From positions 143,344,001-143,408,000 of the forward strand of contig OZ024741.1 in the NCBI GenBank assembly GCA_964016885.1: a stretch of 64,000 bases of DNA, in the 5' to 3' direction. The DNA is from Eledone cirrhosa (Eukaryota). This document shows, in pieces, positions 56,487 to 64,000 of this stretch (its first letter is position 1; each line of letters opens with the position of its first letter). The translations under genes were made by a program, and so were the position numbers. The notes under the pieces are model-generated. The model searched no databases and was not told the origin of the DNA. It was given only the letters and a program-made list of their open reading frames with translations.

Positions 56487-56614
56487 AATATAAATGGGTA
56501 GCTGACCAAACAGAACAACCTGTTATCAATGAAAGAACCCTGATTAGAATATAAATGGGTAGCTGACCAAACAGAACCTGTTATCAATGAAAGAATCCTG
56601 ATTAGAATATAAAT
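56487..56614. repeat. Tandem duplication of a 61/58-bp unit
   Basis: aatataaatgggtagctgaccaaacagaac...gattag occurs twice (starts 56487 and 56548). Confidence 0.9.
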
Positions 56615-56822
56615 AAATGTTCCCTGCACTTTCGGAGCGATGCGATGATACTATACATAAACACACACAAATATATATATATATAATTTTATATAATCAA
56701 GGATGACAATTATAAACAGACAAAGCGAAACTTATAAGTAGGTGTCATCTTTAATTATATAAAACTATTTGACTATATTTTGTTTGGAGTTCGAAATAAA
56801 ACGTTTTACCAATCTGTCTATA

Positions 56823-56883
<61 letters not shown>

Positions 56884-57434
56884 CACACGTGTGATTGATT
56901 CGCTTTCATAAGGTACAAGTATAGATTGATGAGGTGAGAAAATACATCCTCTTCAATCGATTTCTGTATAATTATTGAACTCGAAGGGGGTGGAAAGCTA
57001 AGTCAACACCGATGTGATCTGTACATAGAAACGAGAGAGAGTGTTTGTGGTTGTGTAGAAGCTGTATACAGAAAAACATTTAGTCCGGTTATCTACATGA
57101 ATGAATGGCGAATCCATCCAACGCGCACACACACAGAGACAAAAAAGTGTCTGTGATAATTCTAATATAAATGTCGGACAAACATATATTGAAGCTTAAA
57201 GAAAAAACATTAAAATAGAACAAGGCCAAGCGCTACAAATAGACGACAATGTCAAGACATACAAAGTGGTATTAAAGCTAAAAATCAACAGCAAATGAGA
57301 TAAATAATACCAATAGCTATTACTCATACAATCGAATTCGTTCGCCTGAAGATGATTGCATGTACGTGTGTGTTTGTGTTGTTTTATTTCTACTTTCACT
57401 TCACGAGCGTACAGTATTTTGACACACTGCTTAC

Positions 57435-57549
57435 CTGTTGTCGGCGAAGTTATAGATAAGTAGAGGTAGACGACCCAGAACATGGACACGAAACTCAATA
57501 TGACAATAATTCTCTTCCGACGGTAAAAACATCGTGAGAGAAACGCCAT
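57435..57549 (-). CDS. Coding exon 1 of host gene: signal-anchor N-terminus (MAFLSRCFYRRKRIIVILSFVSMFWVVYLYLSITSPTT) of a probable type II membrane DUF4773-like protein
   Basis: ATG in AAAATGG context at 57549; RRKR followed by a ~19-aa hydrophobic stretch; ends at canonical donor CAG|GTAAG (intron starts 57434), phase 1, matching the phase-1 acceptor at 19208. Confidence 0.8.
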
Positions 57550-57563
57550 TTTTGAAACTAATT

Positions 57564-57573
57564 GTCACGTGAC
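57564..57573. promoter_or_regulatory. Palindromic GTCACGTGAC E-box (CLEAR/USF/MiT-TFE type) just upstream of the host ATG
   Basis: Exact 10-bp motif, 14 nt upstream of the start codon, in a locally CpG-containing patch. Confidence 0.55.
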
Positions 57574-57937
57574 TTCGGCAGTGTTGTTGAGTGAGCATGT
57601 GTGTGTCAGTTTGTTTGTTTCTGTATGAGTGTGTTTCTGTGCTATCCCCCTGTATGAGTGTGTTTCTGTCAATGTGTATGTGCTTGTGTCTCTTTGTGTG
57701 TGTTTACTTCTGTGCCATACCTTTCTTCTCATTCAATGCGCGCGTGAGTGTATGAAATTATGTGTAAGTTCTGTTAACTAAATTCCTGTGTATATATGTG
57801 TGTGTGACTGAAATTATGTGTAAGTTTGCATGAGGGCGTAATTGTGTGTGGCTATATAAGTTTTGTAGGTGTGAAATGTGTATGTCAATGTATGAGGATG
57901 TGTGTGTGTGAGACTGTAAAAGTATATATACGTACTA

Positions 57938-58829
57938 AATGGTGTCATTCCGAGTGATTGGTGCAGCAGCATCATTGTCAACTGCTACAAGGGTAAAGGA
58001 GATGCACTAGATAGAGGAAACTATAGAGGCATCAAGTTAATGAACTATGTCATGAAAATAACAGAGTTATTGCACAGCTGATTAAGGACCGGGTAAATCT
58101 AGATGAGCTGCAGTTTGGATTTGTATCAGCTAAAAGCACCACAGATGCTCTCTTCCTTGTGAGGCAGTTACAGGAAAATTACCTAGTTAAAAGTAAGCCG
58201 CTCTACCTAGCATTAGTTGATTTGGAGAAAGCCATGTATAGGGAAGCAGAATTAGGATTAACAGTCAGCAAAATTAGATTAACAACGACTACAGCAAGGA
58301 ATTTAGCGTACAGGCTGGCATCCACCAGGGCTCTGTTCTTACCCTTCAACTGTTTATTATCGTTCTACAGGCTATAACAGAGGAGTTTAAGATCAGCTGC
58401 CCATGCAAACTCGTGTTATACTCATAGCTATGTCAGAGCGAGAGAAGAAATTCCAAACCTGGAAGCATGGCCTAGAAACAAAGGGTCTTAAAGTCAACCT
58501 GACAAAGACTAAAGTCCTAGTATGTAGAAAGGAAAATAGGGCCCAGATCCCCTCAGGGAAATGGCTTTGCCCAGTGTGCAGGAAAGGTGTAGGTAGAAAT
58601 TCCATCCTCTGTCGCAAATGCAAACTATGGATACACAAGAGATATAGTGGGATCTCAAGTAATTTAGTTAAGAATGTAGGCTTTACATGTAGCCATTGCA
58701 CCAGAGCAGTAAGTAGCAAAAGACCACAGGAAACAAGTGCTATCAAATTCTGGGAAGTCTCGATAGAAGCAGTAGACAGCTTCTGCTACCTGGGTGACCA
58801 AATTAGCAGCGGAAGTGGGTGTTCTGTAA
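57938..58829 (+). mobile_element. RTE family A internal fragment (RT plus PHD-like Cys cluster), about 400 bp upstream of the host ATG
   Basis: NYRGIKL, LALVDLEKA, KVNLTKTKVL...CPVC...CRKCKLWIH...FCYLGD. Confidence 0.88.
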
Positions 58830-60250
58830 CATCATCATCATCGTTTAACGTGCACTTTACAGTGTGGGCTGGTGCTTTTTGTCGTGGCACCTACACATGA
58901 TACCAACATGACAAGGGTTGTGTCAACAGAAGTGGGTGTTGGGGCATGGAAGGTGTATGGAAGAGGGTATAGTGGTTAAGAGGTGCCTACTAGATGTGTG
59001 TTTCAGTCTATGTACATGGGAAGATGAGACTTCTGTATTACTGCATAACGCCAAAGATCTCAATCCTGTGTCATTGTTTTTGAGAGGTGTAATTGTGCAA
59101 GGTCAGCTTTTATCACCTTGTCCCAGGTCTTTCTGGATCTACCTATTCCGTAGCTTCCATCAATTTTGATCACCCTGCACATTTTTATACAGCTGTCATC
59201 CTTCATACGCATTACATGACCATACCAACGTAATCTCCACTCTAGCACACTGCATCTGATTCCTCTTGTGCCCAATTTCTCTCTCAGTCCATTTACACTT
59301 TGCCCTTCATTTTAAGGGGGAAACCTTTTGTAGCTAGCAAAGGTAGTAGCTCCCTGAACATTCTCCATCCTGTTCTTACTATGGCTACTGTACTTTCAGA
59401 ACACCTTCCTCTACTGCTGATTTAGTCATCCAGGTAATGGAAACTATCGACTGTTTCTACAGAGCCGTCTGGGAATTTGAAGCTAGTATCTTGTGGGTAC
59501 TTGCTGCTTGCTGCACCTGTGAATTGGGCATATATGTTCTTTGATAGCTTGCCTGTGATCCCACTACATCTTTTATGTACCCAAAGCTTGCATTCAGCAA
59601 TTAGGATGGAATTTCTACCTACACCTTTCTGGCGCACCGAGCAAGACCATTTCCCTGGGGGAATCTGGATGCTATTTTCTTTTCTATATACTAGGGCTTT
59701 AGTCTTTGACAAGTTAACTTTAAGACCTTTTGATTCTAGGCCATGCTTCCAGGTTTGGAATTTCTTCTCTAGTTCTGCCATAGATTCAGCTATGAGGGTT
59801 AGATCATCTACATACAGAAATTCCCAGTCTTAAATTCTTGTTATAGCCTGTAGGGCAATTATAAACAGGAGAGGGTTAAGGACGAAGCCCTGATAGACAC
59901 CTACCTGCACACTAAATTCTTCACTATAGTCATTGTTAATTCTAATCTTGTTGACTGTTCTTCTATACATGGCTTGTACAACTTTCACGAGCCACACATC
60001 TACTCCTAGTTTTCTAAGACAATGGAATGGGAGACTCTGTCAAAGGCTTTCTCCAAGTCAACAAAAGCTAAGTAGAAGGGTTTACTTTTAGCTCGGTACT
60101 TCTCCAGTTGCTTCAAGAAGAGAGCATCCATGGTACTTCTACCTCACACAAATCCAAACTGCATTTCATCAAGATTAACTTAGTCCCTAATCAGCTATGC
60201 AATAACTCTTTCTGTGAACTTCATAACCTGTTTAACCCACTTAATGCCTA
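58830..60250 (-). mobile_element. 5'-truncated RTE LINE (family A) abutting the previous fragment in opposite orientation
   Basis: (CAT)n tail at 58830; WRLRWYGHV; ORF 59422..59781; FVDLEKAFD near 60050. Confidence 0.88.
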
Positions 60251-60423
60251 TATAGTTTTCTTTCTGCCCAGAGCTCTTACACATACATACATATACTTTT
60301 ACAGTCACACACACTTACTCATACCCTCATACATTGACATACACATTTCTCACTGACAAAACTTATATAACTACACACACACATATGCCTCTTAGAGTCA
60401 TACATGCCTAAATCAGATATATA

Positions 60424-60642
60424 TACAAGGGCATGCTGATAAGTTCTTGGCTTTAAGGGTATTTAAGAGGCTTGGTTGGAGGCCCAACCTTCCGAGTTCT
60501 TTTTACAGGGCTTAGAAAAATGAAAGGGCCGCTACAATAAGTATGTGAATCTGAGAGGGGAATGTGTTGACTAAGATCATAATTAACTGATCCTCCTGTA
60601 TTTTTTTTACCCAAAGCCAGGAACTTTTCAGCACCCCCTTAT
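60424..60642 (+). mobile_element. Internally deleted mariner element (MITE-like) with TIRs
   Basis: Left tacaagggcatgctgataagttcttggcttt, right aaagccaggaacttttcagcacccccttat; interior encodes EAWLEAQPSEFFLQGLEK*..RYNKYVNLRGECVD, a mariner C-terminus. Confidence 0.82.
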
Positions 60643-60879
60643 GTGTATGTGTGTAGTGTATGTAATTCAGTGAATTACTGGTGGTAGTATCAAAACAAAC
60701 GCTGAATGCACAGGCAGAGTGTATACATTAATAAAAACGATGAAGTTTACCTGTATTTTCTTTTTAACCTGTTATGTGTGTTTCGCAGAGGATTTGGCTC
60801 AGGGTCACCCATAGAAGTTATAGACCCAACTCCATTATCGTTTTTATTATATATTATATATATATATATATTTATTTAA

Positions 60880-61035
60880 TGGTTTCTGATTAAGTCGACC
60901 CAAGTACGTAACTGGAACTTTATTTTATTGACACTGTAAGATGTAAGGCAAAACTCACCTTGGCAGGATTTGAACTCAGAACTTAAAAAAACGTAACTAT
61001 ATGCAGCAAAGTATGTTGTCCAATCTACTGCCATC
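60880..61035 (-). mobile_element. Decayed SINE
   Basis: ggatttgaactcagaac B-box complement and core remnants. Confidence 0.65.
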
Positions 61036-61479
61036 ATATATACATATTTAATAAAGTAAGAAAAAGTGGAAAAGACATGCACACTCAATTATATGCCATA
61101 ACAAGGGGTGCTAAAGTTTCCCACTAATAATTTTTGAGGCAAGCCAATACACTTGCAGCATTGCCATGGTTGATAGTGTGGCTAAGGTGCTGAAATAACC
61201 AAGTACCCATGTGACCATTATGTGATACTTCGGTAAATCTTGTTATCAGGAGCCCAACTCACCCAAACGCTTCAAACGCCACAGACTTTTTATATTTATA
61301 TTTTTTTTTTAAACTAAGATTGTATGTATGAACAGAAGTAGACACCTTGTCTATATATACAGTCTCATCATAGACAGAGAAAGAGAAATTAGCCTGACTA
61401 GTTTCAATCCTGTATTGGGATTTCATCAACAACTAAATACACTCTAACTGTCAATGAAGACATCATAATTTTTACATGT

Positions 61480-63720
61480 TTTCCCATGTTTGCATGGTTT
61501 GGACATGTCTAATATAGCACAGCTTTCCTATATTTGTGTTCATTCATCCTTTCCTCTGTGAAGTTCAATGTTCTGAAATAAGCTCTCACCACCCAGGTTT
61601 TCCTTGATCTTCCTCTTCTACTTTCCTCTACATAGAACTCATGATACTCCTTTATGCAATATTCATCATCCATATACATCACATATATACATAGGCATCA
61701 TATAATCTACTCTTTACTTGGAGAGAAAATCTTTTTGTTACCAACAGAGATAGTAGCACCCTGATCTTTTTTCTCCCTGTTCTTGTTCTGGCTTTCAGAG
61801 CACCCTCCTCTACTACTAAATTAGTAACCTAGTTAATAGAGTCGTCAACTACTTATATAGAGCCTATCTTGAATTGGAAAAAAATTATTTCTCTTATGCT
61901 GGATGCACTGAATAGAGTTTCTACCTTTTCTTTTTCTACAAATTGAGTTTTATGGTCATTTCCCTGGCAGTAGCCAGATCTTATCTTCTTTCCTACTTAC
62001 CATGACTTTCGTTTTCACTAAGATTATACAAAGGTATTTCGATTCTAGGTTTTATTTCCCGTCTGAAATTTCTTCTTCAAATTTTGCTGTAAGTACTGGG
62101 TTATCAGTGGACTGAAGATAGAGCCTTGAACAATATTCATTTGTACATTGAATTCCTCACTAAACTCACTTACACTGCTCTCACATGTCACTCATCTACA
62201 CCCAGTTTCCTTAAGGACCACCTGACAGTAGTGGCTTAAACTTAACTAGGAACTTCTTTTGTAGTTGTTTTACTAAGAGGATATCAGTTATACTCTGTCC
62301 TGGTGTAAAACCAAACTGTATCTCATCTAATCTGATTTTTTTCCTAAAACTTTGGGATTTCTATCACTCTTTCTAAAGAATCACCTTTTACATTGTAGTA
62401 ATTAATGATTATACTGCTACACTAGTCGTTGAGTATGACAACCACCATGTATTACCTGGTTGACTTTGCAAGTAATTAGCTTGAGCCTTAATTCACTAGA
62501 TATTTTCAGCATCACACTGACTATCTCTGATGTTCTGGCAGTTTTGCCCTTTTTATACCCTTGATGGCTTCTTTGACCATACAATTGTTAACTAGCTGTT
62601 ACTCTGTTAGATCTATTGAAAGCAGTCCCTTTTCCTTTCACTCATTCTTCACATTCAGCAACCTCTCATAGCAACATTCCTCAAGCCTCTTCTCAGCATA
62701 GGTTAGGCTATATGCACCAGTGTCATTCTGAACACATTTTTCCCCAATGACACCTTGATTCACAGTGATACACCCTATATCAAGTGGTAAATTCTTCTTT
62801 GGGAAAAGACTTAGTATTCATGACCATCTGTCTATCTCATTTTCTAATGAGCATAAAGTCATTCCGGTTTATATATTTGCCTGATTTGTAGGTGATCAAG
62901 TGTTTGGTCAGTTTCCTGAAGCTATTTATAGGTGGTGAATTAGCAGAGTCATTAGAATGTCAGATAGAATGCTTTATGGTATTCGTTCCGGTTCTCTGCT
63001 CTCTGAGTTCAAATCCCACAGTCAACTTTGCCTTTCATCCTTTCGAGGTTGATAAAAAAGTACCAGTCTAATACTAGAGTCGATTCTTCCTCTCTCTGGA
63101 AGAAATCTGCTGTACTCAAGCCTGGAGAGAGATAGGCTCTGCTCGGCTTAAAATGCCCAGGAAATGGCGTATGTCAATACAGCGCCCCTACGACTCTATC
63201 AGGAGTTACGAGACCATACAAGCAAGTGCAGATACTTAGGTCATTTGCATCACAGAATTCTTGGAACCTTGTCTTCTTCCTTTCTCAAGCCATATCCATA
63301 GTACCTGTGTACTCCAAAGTAGCTATCGTGGTGCTGCCTAACATTTCCAATGAAGTCACCAGCTAGAATAATGAAGACTTTGCTATCTGTAACTGAGATT
63401 ATCTGTAGGAGTTTCTCGTAGAAATGATTCTTTTGTTCTTGAGTTAACCCTGATTGTGGTGTGTAAGGGGAGATAACTGTTGCCATTATTCTGAGTTGTA
63501 TGATTCTATGACATTCTCTAACTACCTCAGTTACTTTATCTATTTATTTCTCAGCTGGCAAAATGCTTACTCCACTTAGAGCACTATTATTTCCTACCCA
63601 GAAGAGCTTATATCTGTTCTCTTTTCCTGTGCATAGTCTGTTTGAAGCTCTCATCTATTTCACTTCTTCGATACAATACACATCTACTTGCCTGGACTTC
63701 AGTACACCACCATTTCACTT
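61480..63720 (-). mobile_element. Old, deleted RTE LINE (EN to 3' end) carrying a SINE insertion
   Basis: ORF 63250..63486 (ISPYTPQSGL...LAGDF.G); 3' GRSRKTWV motif near 61600. Confidence 0.75.
62929..63215 (+). mobile_element. tRNA-derived SINE (long-tail subfamily) nested in the RTE
   Basis: Same head, core and tail as 53330 and 9728. Confidence 0.82.
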
Positions 63721-63854
63721 GACCTACAATTCATTGTGACAATCCTTGAAAGTAAAGGAGTATCCAGTAGTGGTTAGGCCATCTTTTGTTCTCACCTTTC
63801 TATACCTGAAAGGTCACACTGCTGTATAAATCCACTGTTAATAAGTGCTTAGAA

Positions 63855-64000
63855 AGCAGTGAATTGGCAGAGTCATTAGAGCGTCAATGTTTCAAGTTCA
63901 AATCCCATCAAGGTCACTTTTGCTTTTTATTCTTTTGAGGTCAATAAAATAGTATCAATCCAGTACTGGTGTCGATTCTTCCTCTATATCTCTTTCTTAC
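63855..64000 (+). mobile_element. SINE, partial at window edge
   Basis: gcagtgaattggcagagtcattag head, aagttcaaatcc, core. Confidence 0.7.

Noticed and set aside
57196-57434. C-terminal part of the 117-aa ORF as a single-exon gene
   Set aside because: It reads through a strong GTAAG donor, and the spliced model is phase-consistent with exon 2.
57938-60250. Single twin-primed (5'-inverted) LINE insertion
   Set aside because: The two opposed fragments cover overlapping parts of the element and differ in sequence, so they are independent insertions.

Overview
AT-rich, repeat-dense animal genomic DNA. It is most likely from an octopod cephalopod, inferred from tRNA-head SINEs with a Meta-like central domain, abundant RTE LINEs with (GAT)n tails, and (TA)n tracts. 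One host gene can be assembled on the minus strand from three phase-compatible coding exons (57549-57435, 19208-18640, 8961-8904). No further exon was found, so the gene probably continues left of the window. The exons encode a probable type II membrane protein: basic N-terminal tail, transmembrane segment, N-glycosylated stalk and a Cys-rich DUF4773-like domain. A perfect GTCACGTGAC (CLEAR/E-box) motif lies 14 nt upstream of the ATG. The 38-kb first intron holds a ~15.8-kb array of a 32-bp satellite (~495 units, with higher-order duplications) whose sense strand is nearly stop-free in all three frames, which explains the giant Cys-rich ORFs. The rest is mostly decayed RTE LINEs (one near full-length with a TSD), SINEs, a Penelope-like RT fragment, mariner remnants and a hAT-type MITE. 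The most unusual small features are a perfect 54-bp-arm palindrome containing a hammerhead ribozyme core (10366-10476) and a second, degenerate hammerhead (61389-61436). All calls were made by eye, without database searches.
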